This document shows, piece by piece, positions 1 through 10,142 of a DNA stretch of 64,000 nucleotides (positions are counted from its first letter, which is position 1; each line of letters starts with the position of its first letter). The position numbers and the translations under genes were made by a program. Source of the stretch: Acinetobacter phage YMC13/03/R2096; sequence record KM672662.1; one strand, written 5' to 3'. The notes beneath the pieces are model-generated. The model saw nothing but the letters and a program-made list of their open reading frames with translations, ran no database searches and was not told the DNA's origin.

Positions 1-45
1 CAAGCCAAATATCTTTAGGTATATACATTATTTACTCCAAGAGTT

Positions 46-744
46 TTAATTTAAGTAAGTTTTTATTAGCTCTTCTGCGCTAACTACACACATACCATAA
101 CCGAAGCAACCACCATAGTCAATAAAAAGTTGGTTACCTCTTAAAATTTTTCTTCCTCTGGTTACAGAATGACCATGTATCATCAAATCTACACCAGAAA
201 TTGGTTGAATTTCCTCCAAAGATTGAATTGTTGAACGCTCCCACATTAAAATATCCTGTAGTTCTCGTCCACATACCTTATGTTTTGCCTTGAGGTGGTA
301 AACCCCCTCATGGTATTCATTGTAAGGGTAATCTGCATGAGTTACTACAAACCGTTTACCGTGCACATCTATCTCAATGATCAAAGGTAGCTCAGCAAAG
401 ACTTTAGCAATGTTATACATAGCTTGACCATCTAATTGGTAAAACCAAGCACCACCATTATCAATATGGCATCGTGCATAACTCTCATTGTATAAACCTT
501 GAATGGCTAAGTCTTCATGGTTACCCCTTACAGATTCAAACCAATCCTCTTTTAATAATTGGATAACCTCTAGGTTTTGCTTCCCACGATCCACCAAATC
601 ACCAGTACAAATTAAGAGGTCTTCCTCAAAATTAAAGCCTTTTGACTGAAGAACTCCCATTAAAAGGTCCAAACACCCATGAATATCCCCACAGAACCAC
701 ACCTTACCCTTGCGAGGTTTCACTACTTTAACCAAATCAACCAT
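46..744 (-). CDS. Ser/Thr protein phosphatase (calcineurin-like metallophosphoesterase)
   Basis: Translated motifs GDIHG, GDLVDRG, GNHE and VTHADYP match the PPP-family phosphoesterase signature. T5-like phages carry a homolog. Confidence 0.85.
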   Translation of the reverse strand: MVDLVKVVKPRKGKVWFCGDIHGCLDLLMGVLQSKGFNFEEDLLICTGDLVDRGKQNLEVIQLLKEDWFESVRGNHEDLAIQGLYNESYARCHIDNGGAWFYQLDGQAMYNIAKVFAELPLIIEIDVHGKRFVVTHADYPYNEYHEGVYHLKAKHKVCGRELQDILMWERSTIQSLEEIQPISGVDLMIHGHSVTRGRKILRGNQLFIDYGGCFGYGMCVVSAEELIKTYLN

Positions 745-1180
745 TCAAGAACTCCTGATTTACTCGTTCGTCTTCACTCTTATAAGTAATAACTTCAACA
801 TGGTCATAAAAACCCCATTGCATCATAGTTTCAAGTTGATATTCACCAAATCCCGAATAACTATCTTCAAAAGAAACTATGGCAGAAAGTCTTTCTTTAA
901 ATTTCTTAAAATTTTCATCCCAGCCTATTTTTTGACGTATCATAACAGTCCGTGCTGAGATATACTCCATAACATCTTTATATTTATGTCTCTCCTCTTC
1001 GAAGTCTTTCATCATAGCGCACTCCACTCTTCTGTAATCATGAGAGAATATCTCAATCTCTTTGATTATAGGTTCAAGTGCCTCTTTCACCTTCTCAGCA
1101 ACCTCTCGATCACTCACAATGACAACGCTGACAGTATCTGGACCACTTCCTGACAGTAAAACCTCATGAATTTCACTCAT
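737..1180 (-). CDS. hypothetical early protein
   Basis: Intact 147-aa ORF that overlaps the neighbouring gene by a few nt, as in compact operons. Confidence 0.5.
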   Translation of the reverse strand: MSEIHEVLLSGSGPDTVSVVIVSDREVAEKVKEALEPIIKEIEIFSHDYRRVECAMMKDFEEERHKYKDVMEYISARTVMIRQKIGWDENFKKFKERLSAIVSFEDSYSGFGEYQLETMMQWGFYDHVEVITYKSEDERVNQEFLNG

Positions 1181-1479
1181 TTTTCACCTCTTTTAAATTT
1201 GTTAAAGATAGCTTGTTTATTCTCTAGGAAGAAACACACTAGAAATATCATTAAAAATGCAATTATTGGAACTAAAACAACACCACGAGATGCAATTATA
1301 AGACCAATTATGGCTAAAACAAAAGTTACTCCAAAAAAACTAATCGCAAAAATTGCAAAAGCCTTACTTAAAGGACCTTCTACATCCATAAACACCTCCA
1401 AAACATAAAATTTAAGTAATAAAAAACCCTGAAGGATTACCTTCAGGGTTAATTTACCAGTTATCTTATTCAGAGTCAA
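1177..1479 (-). CDS. small membrane protein
   Basis: 100-aa ORF with two or three hydrophobic helices. Confidence 0.45.
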   Translation of the reverse strand: MTLNKITGKLTLKVILQGFLLLKFYVLEVFMDVEGPLSKAFAIFAISFFGVTFVLAIIGLIIASRGVVLVPIIAFLMIFLVCFFLENKQAIFNKFKRGEK

Positions 1480-1882
1480 CTGATTTTGCTTTAGAAGCTC
1501 GTTTTGGTTGAGATTTTGTAGCTACTTCTGCTGGTTTTTGTTTTTCAACTTCCACTTCAACTTCTTTAGGAATCTCAGCTTGTTTTACTGGTTCTTCTTT
1601 TGGTTGTTCACCAACTTTGAATGCAGCATAAGCTAATGGAAAGTGTTTACTTACAAGATCATCTGTACCATTAACAAAAACAATGAAACGTGCACTAGAA
1701 CCTAATGCGATATTTCCTTGTGTTCTTGAAAGCACAGTTTCAGACAATTCAAATCCCCACTTGCTAAGCACAAGAAGATTCTGATTACTCTTGTGAAAAG
1801 AGTTTGAATAGACACTTACTTCGATTTTACCATCTTCAAGTCGTCTAAGTTTTGGTGCAAATGTTGTATTTAATTCGGACAT
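1466..1882 (-). CDS. hypothetical protein with K/E-rich C-terminus
   Basis: 138-aa ORF tightly packed against its neighbours. Confidence 0.5.
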   Translation of the reverse strand: MSELNTTFAPKLRRLEDGKIEVSVYSNSFHKSNQNLLVLSKWGFELSETVLSRTQGNIALGSSARFIVFVNGTDDLVSKHFPLAYAAFKVGEQPKEEPVKQAEIPKEVEVEVEKQKPAEVATKSQPKRASKAKSVDSE

Positions 1883-1892
1883 TAAGAACTCC

Positions 1893-2081
1893 TTAACCTT
1901 CTAATCCTTCACGTTTATTACTTCGCTTACTTTTTCGATCTAAAGTACGGGCTTTATCATTAAGTTTTCTCTGAAGTTTATCGCCAAGACCATAACCATC
2001 AGACATCTCAACACTAAGACCAAGACCATAACCATCTTTATAAGCTTTGCGTTTAGCCACGAATACACTCCTATGTGACAA
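1893..2081 (-). CDS. small hypothetical protein
   Basis: 62-aa ORF in the same operon. Confidence 0.3.
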   Translation of the reverse strand: MSHRSVFVAKRKAYKDGYGLGLSVEMSDGYGLGDKLQRKLNDKARTLDRKSKRSNKREGLEG

Positions 2082-2137
2082 ATAAGTTACTTTACTACTT
2101 AAATAAGTTTACCACGTTTTAACAATGTGTCAACTAT

Positions 2138-2374
2138 TTATTCCTCTTCATCATCTCCACCGTATCCAAATCTTGAATTAAAGAAACATTCTACAAGTGT
2201 GCATATGATGTTGTATATGATAATTGAGAGAATTCCCACTGTCAAGATACTTTGATCAAATCCCCACCCAACGAAATCCAAGGCAAAGAGTAAGCACTTA
2301 GTTATAACAGCAGATAAAAATATAATACAAAAGTTTAAAACCAAATAGAGTAGTTGCAAACTAGACTCACTCAT
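2138..2374 (-). CDS. small membrane protein
   Basis: 78-aa hydrophobic ORF. Confidence 0.4.
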   Translation of the reverse strand: MSESSLQLLYLVLNFCIIFLSAVITKCLLFALDFVGWGFDQSILTVGILSIIIYNIICTLVECFFNSRFGYGGDDEEE

Positions 2375-2397
2375 AACACCTCCTTGTGAGGATAACC

Positions 2398-2634
2398 TCA
2401 GATCTCTTCCAAGTCATCATAGCCTGTTAGGAGTTTCTCAGATGGCATTTCTTCCACAGATAACTCCCCACATTTTGAACATTCTAAGGTTATTACAGGC
2501 ATCTCTATCCCAAATAACTCATTGAATTCCTTACCACTTTCCTTAAAAATCAAAACACCAGAACCTTTACAGGACCCATTGGTGTGTTTTACAGGTTTAT
2601 CTTTCATAAACACCATCCATGAAAAAGAGGGCAC
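2398..2634 (-). CDS. small hypothetical protein
   Basis: 78-aa ORF. Confidence 0.4.
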   Translation of the reverse strand: MPSFSWMVFMKDKPVKHTNGSCKGSGVLIFKESGKEFNELFGIEMPVITLECSKCGELSVEEMPSEKLLTGYDDLEEI

Positions 2635-2652
2635 TAAGCCCTCAATTTTTAA

Positions 2653-3075
2653 TTAAATATCATACCGAACTCTAATTATCTCACGCTTATCAAGATCTGT
2701 CAAGATACCATAAGCATAACAATTATTCTGTATGTAATTGTCAACAGTTTGAATATTGAAGGATACCCACCTTGGTGACTTACCCTCACTAATTGTACAC
2801 AATAAGCAACTACCATTTCGTATGTGTAGAACAGTCAACATTCCTTCAATACTAACCATCCAGTGTGTAGCAGATTCTAAGTGCTCTTTACGACCCACAA
2901 ATGTTCGAACAACAGATGAATGGACACTTTTCATCTGAATGGCACCTAGAAAGCTGTTGTGCATGACTAATCTAGGTTTCCCACACTGGTATTGACCATT
3001 GTTATAGCTAGTTACACCCTTTAAAGCCATCATCCACCCCAAATTGTTATACAAACCATAAGGACAGTATAACAA
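2653..3075 (-). CDS. hypothetical protein
   Basis: 140-aa ORF. Confidence 0.45.
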   Translation of the reverse strand: MLYCPYGLYNNLGWMMALKGVTSYNNGQYQCGKPRLVMHNSFLGAIQMKSVHSSVVRTFVGRKEHLESATHWMVSIEGMLTVLHIRNGSCLLCTISEGKSPRWVSFNIQTVDNYIQNNCYAYGILTDLDKREIIRVRYDI

Positions 3076-3230
3076 ACAATTCCTGTACAGACAACAAGAG
3101 CAGTATATTTATTCAAAATAAAAACCCCCACATTAGTTGAAGTAGTTTAAACCCAACAAAGGCAAAACCTCCCATAATAACCGATATCACAAGCATACCT
3201 ATAATCATCACAACTATTTTCCAGTTCATG

Positions 3231-3464
3231 TTAATCCCCTTTAGTTGTACCTACATTCTTACCACATAAGAATGCATAAAGCATGACAGGTGCCCAGAAG
3301 AACATAACAAATATGATTATCAGTGATAAAGCAAATGAATTAACAGCTTGTTTTTTCTGTGCTCGATCCAACTTAATCATAACTGCCAGCTTACCAGCAT
3401 TAAAGCAACCGTACATCAGATATAAAGAAACTAAAAAACTTAACGTGTCAGTATTGATCATCAA
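3231..3464 (-). CDS. small membrane protein
   Basis: 77-aa ORF with two TM helices. Confidence 0.4.
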   Translation of the reverse strand: MMINTDTLSFLVSLYLMYGCFNAGKLAVMIKLDRAQKKQAVNSFALSLIIIFVMFFWAPVMLYAFLCGKNVGTTKGD

Positions 3465-3478
3465 TTATCTCCAAAAGA

Positions 3479-3775
3479 TTAATGTTTATGTATGAAGTTT
3501 AAATCACCTAGATTTTTAATGCAAGCATCAATTGTAGCTTGTACACGCTTGTCTAAGGCTTCTAAATCATTTAAGTCACTAGATATTACCTCCATGAACT
3601 TAACACGCTCTAAACAAGCCTTAACAGTCGAGAAATAACCTATAGGTGTTCTTCGAATTTCACCCTCTTGCTTTCCACTTTTTGCAATACTTAAGCTGTA
3701 CAAGATGAAATTCATATCATCCGAACCTAAAGCATAACCTACTTGATCTTTTGTAGGTTCTTTTAACACCTTCAT
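3479..3775 (-). CDS. hypothetical protein
   Basis: 98-aa ORF. Confidence 0.45.
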   Translation of the reverse strand: MKVLKEPTKDQVGYALGSDDMNFILYSLSIAKSGKQEGEIRRTPIGYFSTVKACLERVKFMEVISSDLNDLEALDKRVQATIDACIKNLGDLNFIHKH

Positions 3776-3820
3776 CTTACTCTCCTTGTAAAAATCTTTC
3801 AGGCAGTTGATATGGAATCA

Positions 3821-4192
3821 TTATAAACCTCCAAGGTGTCCTGATTTATGAATTAATTCTGATACAAAACCTTTCAACTCTTCCGATACCTGACCAGACT
3901 CTAATCTCTTCTTATAAGAAACCTCAAGGTCAGAAATAGTGACTCTATGTAAATCTTTATACACTGTGTCATGTTCTCCATAATAACCATACCACAATCT
4001 ACAAGCATATACTATAAAGAAATCTACATCTGTTTTTTTAGATATCTCAACATTGTTTCCATCTCTTGGTTGCGCCCACTTCCAACCAAGACCATGAATT
4101 AATGCAAGTATGTAAAGCTTTTCACTAGGTTTCATACCCTGAACAACAATTAATTGATCATCATTCACACAACTTCTCCCAACAAGAATCAA
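3821..4192 (-). CDS. hypothetical protein
   Basis: 123-aa ORF. Confidence 0.45.
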   Translation of the reverse strand: MILVGRSCVNDDQLIVVQGMKPSEKLYILALIHGLGWKWAQPRDGNNVEISKKTDVDFFIVYACRLWYGYYGEHDTVYKDLHRVTISDLEVSYKKRLESGQVSEELKGFVSELIHKSGHLGGL

Positions 4193-4487
4193 ACCACTCA
4201 GACTTAGCTACAAAGTAACCTTTTCCATCATACATAATGTAATCACCCATATTAGCAATCTGTAATCCATACTCTGGATCAGTGAATTCAAACTCACGTA
4301 TATCACATGTGGTTATTGCCGAAGGCTTATATACACCACCAACTTCCATCCAAAGTGCTAGAGTAGCAATGTCGGTGGAGGAACCACCAAACATTACCGC
4401 AATAACAACCTTACCACTTACCTTGTTCTTACAACGTTTGGCAGTTCTCATTATTAAGCTCCAGATACTTGGTTTTCGGTGCACCAC
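4161..4487 (-). CDS. hypothetical protein
   Basis: 108-aa ORF. Confidence 0.45.
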   Translation of the reverse strand: MVHRKPSIWSLIMRTAKRCKNKVSGKVVIAVMFGGSSTDIATLALWMEVGGVYKPSAITTCDIREFEFTDPEYGLQIANMGDYIMYDGKGYFVAKSEWFDSCWEKLCE

Positions 4488-4726
4488 TCTTTCATGTCAG
4501 TTTTGGTAATAGTTGCACTATCCACATCAATCGTAATCAGGTCGTAACCTTCAGGCTCATTTCTGGTGTACTGTTCTTTGTAAACACCATCACGGAATAG
4601 TCGATTTAACTGTAGGGCATTTTTCAGTGCACCCAAAGAGGTCCAGCATTTACCATTTTTTGTCACAGTCATACCAGCAGCTAGGTACTTACCGTTCTTT
4701 TTACCACGAATCATGTAAATTTTCAT
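4454..4726 (-). CDS. hypothetical protein
   Basis: 90-aa ORF. Confidence 0.45.
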   Translation of the reverse strand: MKIYMIRGKKNGKYLAAGMTVTKNGKCWTSLGALKNALQLNRLFRDGVYKEQYTRNEPEGYDLITIDVDSATITKTDMKEWCTENQVSGA

Positions 4727-4741
4727 AATTACTCCAAAATA

Positions 4742-5206
4742 TCAATGAAAAATAACTGCTACTAACCCTATTACCAACAGAACTGACATACATATTGCAA
4801 AAATCTGGAATGCATCAGTTCTACAATAGTATCCTAACACACCCTTCCATCCACGAGCAAGAGCAACATCAAAGTTTTTAACTTGAAACTTGCACTTGTA
4901 TGCATCATTTCTACGAACCGTACATGAACCATAGCTATAATCGATGTCGTAATCTTTGAGAGGTGAATTTCCAACATCTCGATAGAGATCCCTCCCATCA
5001 TAACTTTCAAAGTCAAAACGAACATTCATCAGGTCTTCAAACTCAATGACATGCTTAATGAACTGCTTTTTAAGGAAAGCTTTTTTATCCTCTTCATCTT
5101 GCTGGACCTTTTTCTCAGTAGCTACCTTTTGCATGTGTTCATGATACCACTCAGGTTTTTGTTCCTCTTCTTTCATCTTTTTCTTCACAAGATTCTTGAT
5201 CATCAA
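4742..5206 (-). CDS. hypothetical protein with C-terminal TM anchor
   Basis: 154-aa ORF with a hydrophobic C-terminus. Confidence 0.45.
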   Translation of the reverse strand: MMIKNLVKKKMKEEEQKPEWYHEHMQKVATEKKVQQDEEDKKAFLKKQFIKHVIEFEDLMNVRFDFESYDGRDLYRDVGNSPLKDYDIDYSYGSCTVRRNDAYKCKFQVKNFDVALARGWKGVLGYYCRTDAFQIFAICMSVLLVIGLVAVIFH

Positions 5207-5341
5207 GTGCTTCCTCCAAATCCTGTCTTACAATACCCTCATCATAACCCAGCTTAACATCTTTCTTTTTATCCCGAAAGGTCTTAGGCTGGTTAAATTT
5301 GTGAAGATTTTTCGCTACAGGGTTCCTATAACCTTTAGCCA

Positions 5342-5554
5342 TTAGATTAAGTGCTCAAATCTAAGGTATTCATAAACCTTTTCACCATTTAGTGTAACTT
5401 CACCAACACTACCAACAATTTCAATCTGAAGGACATTATCACCTTTACTCAAGGTGTGCACCTCCATCTTACCACAACGTACAGACTGGATGTTGTCTGC
5501 ACTTTTAAACTCATCAATCAAACCGAAAAGTTTATATTCATCATAAGTTTGCAT
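5342..5554 (-). CDS. small hypothetical protein
   Basis: 70-aa ORF. Confidence 0.4.
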   Translation of the reverse strand: MQTYDEYKLFGLIDEFKSADNIQSVRCGKMEVHTLSKGDNVLQIEIVGSVGEVTLNGEKVYEYLRFEHLI

Positions 5555-5689
5555 AGATAGTTATTAACTCCAAAATAATAATAAAAATAAACATCATAAG
5601 TAAAAACTGTTTGAAATTCCTACTTACCATAATAGCCATACCAAAAAAGCAAGCATTTAAGGCCAACATCAATACAAAACCTAAAAGTG

Positions 5690-6178
5690 TCATTTCTTGT
5701 ATTCCTCTATAGCCTCCTGAAGTGTTGGGTATACAATGTAGTAAATATACTGAGAGAAACTTCTAAAGTCATCGTACCACTCTTGAAATGACTCTTCTTT
5801 ATAATTGAACCATTTATCAAGAACTCGCTTAGCTTCTAAACTAACATAAACACTTGACGATACCCCTGAAGTATCTAACAACTCCAAAACCTTCATGTCT
5901 TGCTCATACTTAACACGTTTAGCTTTAGCATATTGTCGAAACCGAGATTGTTGACCCGTGTAAATTTTCAAACGCTTCAAGGATTTCTTACCCCACTCAA
6001 TACCTAAGAAGCTATGTTGGTAAACAGCACATTCTTCATATGACAACTTTTCCATCACCTCAAAGAACTTTGCACGATCCTCAAGGTACTTCTTGAGGTT
6101 TTTTATCGCTTCTTTCTGCATGTAGCTAATACTAGTGCTTGTCAAATTGACAAACCCTACAGGATTAAATTCAGACAT
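5690..6178 (-). CDS. hypothetical protein
   Basis: 162-aa ORF. Confidence 0.5.
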   Translation of the reverse strand: MSEFNPVGFVNLTSTSISYMQKEAIKNLKKYLEDRAKFFEVMEKLSYEECAVYQHSFLGIEWGKKSLKRLKIYTGQQSRFRQYAKAKRVKYEQDMKVLELLDTSGVSSSVYVSLEAKRVLDKWFNYKEESFQEWYDDFRSFSQYIYYIVYPTLQEAIEEYKK

Positions 6179-6191
6179 CTAAACTCTCCTA

Positions 6192-6572
6192 TTATTTATA
6201 ATTAACTTTAGTTACTTCAACCTTTTCAATATCGCCACCAGCACCATGAGTGTAGAAATCACTAATGGTAACAGCGAGTTGCACAATATCCGAAAGTTTT
6301 CCTTGATATACACCAAGTTTTGGACGATGGTGATAACCACCAAAATCACAGTTTGGGTCCTCTCCATACACAGTCCACAAACCTTCTTCATCCAGAGAGT
6401 GCTTCTTTAACAACCTTTTCCCAGCATAACTACCAAGCCAACCTTTTGCTTTCTTGTCATGCTTATACTTCTCAGATTCCTCATATCTAAGAGCTTCTTC
6501 AGGCGTGCTAAACTCTTTACCATCATCTGCAACATAAATAGTTTTAACGTGCATTTTATCCTCACTAATCAA
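6192..6572 (-). CDS. hypothetical protein
   Basis: 126-aa ORF. Confidence 0.5.
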   Translation of the reverse strand: MISEDKMHVKTIYVADDGKEFSTPEEALRYEESEKYKHDKKAKGWLGSYAGKRLLKKHSLDEEGLWTVYGEDPNCDFGGYHHRPKLGVYQGKLSDIVQLAVTISDFYTHGAGGDIEKVEVTKVNYK

Positions 6573-6582
6573 TATCTTTCAA

Positions 6583-7809
6583 CTAATCTTTGTTTAACCA
6601 ATCTCTAAACAAACTATACATACGTTTTGATGCTATTGCAAGCACAATTTTCTCACCTTTACGTATTCTTGAACGCCAAACCCATTGAAGCATCTCCGAC
6701 AAGGCAAAAACCTCACGGGAAATCGGATATCCATAATCTTGGAGGTATGACTCCACACTAACCATCGGGTAACGATCATAACAGTGCACTAAAACTGACT
6801 TGTCAGCATAATCATTAGTTGCTCTTGTCTGAACAGGTAACCAACAGTAACTCCAAGAGCCATCGTTACTTCTTTTACGGTAATAACCTTTTGGTTTAAC
6901 TAAGTTTTTACTTCCAACATGTCTTTCTTTTGGTATTGTGTACATTAAATCATCTGGTGTGGCTTTATACTTCATGGCAACACTTCTAATGTATTTACCA
7001 ACCACATCAAGTTGAGCCTGACTAGCTCTTTTATACCAACTACTTGACAAACCAGTGGAAATTGACAAGTCAGCCCTAGGTTCAACCAATTCAATTAAAT
7101 CACGAATGGTGTCTTTAGATGTCTTCGTTACCTCAATTTCTCTAAAAGGTTTAGATTCAACACCCTTCAACCTTAAGAAACGATCTAAAATGTTACCTTC
7201 AAACATATAAGTGAGGATAACCACCCTTTTAGCCACTGTCATTAACCTGATAGGTAGTTGAGTCACCATCATTAAATTACTTCTCTTGGCAACATAAAGG
7301 CACTGACTATCACAATACTGCTTCAACATGTAATATTTATGAGCTTTCCCAACTGGCTGGTCGCACACCCAAGATAGCATACCATCATGTGGATCTACTG
7401 AAACTTTCTCATTCGAGTACAACCACTTATAATCATCTATGGAATACTTATCAAAACCTTCGATAACATTGATCTCCTCGTCAATCACAACGGTGTAGCC
7501 ATGATATTCAACAAGGTCTAAGTGCTCGTTGGTCAGGGACATGTACAGGCTATGCGTACAAGCAATATTTTCACCATTACTTAGAAGTTCAAGTAAGTGC
7601 TCCGATTTAGTATCATGATCTTCAGTGGTTGGGTAGGAGAATGATATACGGCTAACCGCTTGGGATAACCTTCCACCATCACCCACCTCAGAGAGTAAAG
7701 GAGAAACATAAATATATTTCTCTTCATGGTACTTTTCCATCCACTTAATAATTCCAGTGGTTTTATGTGAACCCATAATAGAATCAAGAACTTCAATTAC
7801 CTCAGCCAT
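6583..7809 (-). CDS. hypothetical protein with degenerate P-loop-like N-terminus
   Basis: 408-aa ORF. It carries a GSHKTTG segment followed by a hydrophobic-DEE segment (VVIDEE) that resemble deviant Walker A/B motifs. The nearby genes give no hint of its family. Confidence 0.5.
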   Translation of the reverse strand: MAEVIEVLDSIMGSHKTTGIIKWMEKYHEEKYIYVSPLLSEVGDGGRLSQAVSRISFSYPTTEDHDTKSEHLLELLSNGENIACTHSLYMSLTNEHLDLVEYHGYTVVIDEEINVIEGFDKYSIDDYKWLYSNEKVSVDPHDGMLSWVCDQPVGKAHKYYMLKQYCDSQCLYVAKRSNLMMVTQLPIRLMTVAKRVVILTYMFEGNILDRFLRLKGVESKPFREIEVTKTSKDTIRDLIELVEPRADLSISTGLSSSWYKRASQAQLDVVGKYIRSVAMKYKATPDDLMYTIPKERHVGSKNLVKPKGYYRKRSNDGSWSYCWLPVQTRATNDYADKSVLVHCYDRYPMVSVESYLQDYGYPISREVFALSEMLQWVWRSRIRKGEKIVLAIASKRMYSLFRDWLNKD

Positions 7810-8043
7810 TTAATCTCCAAAATATTCACGTAGTGTATCTATCCAATACTGATTATACTTCAAGTCATACTCTATTTCTGCAACCTCACGGGCAGTAAAC
7901 CACCAAACACCATTCTCATTACATGTGTTTTCTACAACAAAATCACCATCCGAGTTTTTATAACAAATAAAAATTAAATCTAAACCTTCGTGATAAAAGG
8001 CATGTTTCTTAGCTTTTTCCATCACACATCCTCCACTTTGCAA
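7810..8043 (-). CDS. small hypothetical protein
   Basis: 77-aa ORF. Confidence 0.4.
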   Translation of the reverse strand: MQSGGCVMEKAKKHAFYHEGLDLIFICYKNSDGDFVVENTCNENGVWWFTAREVAEIEYDLKYNQYWIDTLREYFGD

Positions 8044-8300
8044 TTCGGTGAAATGTGGTTTTCTAGTTTGTCTAGTGTTTCCAATTCGCCCAAATCCGAG
8101 GGTTTATCAATACAGCCAATGAGGTTTTCTGTGTTGGAATCGTCACTTATCAACTCTAAAAAGTTCTCATTAAGAACTTTTTCAAACTCTGGATGCAATT
8201 CTTGCAAACTCCCAATTGGCTTGGGCATAGTGGGCATGTCAATATCACTAAACTCACTCATGGCTGGCTCCTTCCAAACTTTCCAAGTTCTTTTCTTCAA
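8022..8300 (-). CDS. acidic hypothetical protein
   Basis: 92-aa ORF. Confidence 0.4.
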   Translation of the reverse strand: MKKRTWKVWKEPAMSEFSDIDMPTMPKPIGSLQELHPEFEKVLNENFLELISDDSNTENLIGCIDKPSDLGELETLDKLENHISPNCKVEDV

Positions 8301-8517
8301 CCCAGATTAGGCCTTCTCCAGTTTCAACCTGCCAAGAATCATCATTGTGTGGATGCGGTCTAACAGCAGTAACTACATTTCCTGCAAACTCTAATGTGCC
8401 GCGCGATTTAAGGACCTCATCGACTTCAACCAAGCGGTATTGCTTCATTGATTTGATTGATGAGCCGTCTTTGTCTTGTGCTAGCAAGTGAATTGTTTTA
8501 TGTGTATTTGATTTCAT
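8254..8517 (-). CDS. hypothetical protein
   Basis: 87-aa ORF. Confidence 0.4.
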   Translation of the reverse strand: MKSNTHKTIHLLAQDKDGSSIKSMKQYRLVEVDEVLKSRGTLEFAGNVVTAVRPHPHNDDSWQVETGEGLIWVEEKNLESLEGASHE

Positions 8518-8774
8518 TTTTTTATCGTCCGAATCATGATTGCAAAGGGAATTAGGAATGGAGCCACAATCAGGCAGATAATTCCAAGCACCCCAATCAG
8601 TAAAAGTTTTGTGGCGTATGCAAAGTCACGGAATGCTTGTTTATAGAACTGCCCCGCATTGCTAAACTCATGCCATTCATGTGTATAAAGCTCTTTAAAA
8701 TCCTTTAGTGTGGCTTTCACCTCATTCTTGAATTTACTCATCCCCGCCTCCGTATATTGATTCGTATGCTGCAA
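8514..8774 (-). CDS. small membrane protein
   Basis: 86-aa ORF with a C-terminal TM helix. Confidence 0.4.
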   Translation of the reverse strand: MQHTNQYTEAGMSKFKNEVKATLKDFKELYTHEWHEFSNAGQFYKQAFRDFAYATKLLLIGVLGIICLIVAPFLIPFAIMIRTIKK

Positions 8775-9114
8775 TAGCTGCTAGCAATGGCTGGTTATAT
8801 ACAAAACAATCTTTATGAGCTTCTGAACGTGCTGCTTTTAATCCACCTAAGCTATTTACTAAATCAACCGACTCCACCAGACGCTTGAGTTCGGAAAGTG
8901 GTTTAATTACCTCACTGGTAAATATCTGATATGGAACAACGCTTCTTCTCCAATGCTTATTGGTCCACACATAGCATTCAGTTTCAGAAACATTCTTTGT
9001 GTATCTAGTTCCGCAACTTAAATCCCTATAGTGAGTTGCATCTTCTGGCGCCATTTCTAAAATTTGCTTAGCCTCTGGCAACCCCTGCTCACGAATAAAC
9101 TGTTCTGGTTTCAT
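8734..9114 (-). CDS. hypothetical protein
   Basis: 126-aa ORF. Confidence 0.45.
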   Translation of the reverse strand: MKPEQFIREQGLPEAKQILEMAPEDATHYRDLSCGTRYTKNVSETECYVWTNKHWRRSVVPYQIFTSEVIKPLSELKRLVESVDLVNSLGGLKAARSEAHKDCFVYNQPLLAAIAAYESIYGGGDE

Positions 9115-9363
9115 TTAGGAACTCCTTTACTGATCATTGGACAGTATATCGCATGTTCTTTAATACTTCTACCACAAAATTGACATTTTACCATATTAGT
9201 TCTCCATGCACCATTTAAGTGCACATTCCAAGCTTTCTGCTTCAGCAACCTGCCGACCATCAATTTCAGAAATGTAAAATGCTAAAGCTCCCTCTTCAAT
9301 TTCATAACCATTGCATGAAATATAGTCACCATCAACTATCACAACAGCTTCTAAAGTCATGCA

Positions 9364-9570
9364 CTAACCCTCAAAAATGTTATTATCCATGATATCAGAA
9401 ATAACTTCATCAATCTCTAAATTTGTTTCTTCGATAAGTTTATCGTACTTTTCTTTTTCCGCAAATACATCCCTCTCAGTCTTCAACTTCTCAAGACGAA
9501 CATGAAGAGAGTGTAACTGAGTGTGAAGCCTTGCGAGATTACCTGTGGTTTCTAAGTCAAACATTGTCAT
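9364..9570 (-). CDS. small hypothetical protein
   Basis: 68-aa ORF. Confidence 0.4.
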   Translation of the reverse strand: MTMFDLETTGNLARLHTQLHSLHVRLEKLKTERDVFAEKEKYDKLIEETNLEIDEVISDIMDNNIFEG

Positions 9571-9871
9571 CCTCCATTAAATTGTAGGCAGAAATTAGGC
9601 TAGTTATCAACTGATCCAACTCACTCTTCGAGAGAATTCCAACTTTTTGACATGAAACTTCATCAAGCATATTTCTTCTTGTATCATAGAAGTTAATACT
9701 ATTATCTTCTTGCACACTGATTAAATCTTGCTCACACAGGAAGTTTGGTTTGAAGTCGTCACTTATAACAATTCTCAAACCATTAGCATCACCATCACTA
9801 TCAAGAAAAGTGTAGACAAACACCCCTTTCTCTTTACCGATACCTCTTTTATCATTGGTAGTTATTTTCAT
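9557..9871 (-). CDS. hypothetical protein
   Basis: 104-aa ORF. Confidence 0.45.
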   Translation of the reverse strand: MKITTNDKRGIGKEKGVFVYTFLDSDGDANGLRIVISDDFKPNFLCEQDLISVQEDNSINFYDTRRNMLDEVSCQKVGILSKSELDQLITSLISAYNLMEDDNV

Positions 9872-10142
9872 AAGATCTCTGACTCCCTAAATAACTTTCT
9901 AAAATAACATCATATAAATCATCTTGGTTATTTATGTAGTAGCTATTGTAAGGGCTTAGCACCAAGATTTCAGATGGTCTATATGCCCTACCTTCTTCAG
10001 TGACTATTGTGGATTTTTCACTGTTGTAATACTCACTATTAAGTTTCAGCTTACCAACCAAAACCCTACCACAATCTCTGGGTATAAACTGTACTAGATC
10101 ACCATCTCTGTATGAACTCACCCATTTTCCATAAATGATCAT
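9852..10142 (-). CDS. hypothetical protein
   Basis: 96-aa ORF. Confidence 0.45.
   Translation of the reverse strand: MIIYGKWVSSYRDGDLVQFIPRDCGRVLVGKLKLNSEYYNSEKSTIVTEEGRAYRPSEILVLSPYNSYYINNQDDLYDVILESYLGSQRSYENNYQ

Noticed and set aside
9116-9360. Two very short minus-strand ORFs (about 27 and 55 aa) in the 9115-9363 gap
   Set aside because: They are plausible micro-genes but are below the ORF-track cutoff. There is no supporting signal beyond open frames, so they were not annotated.
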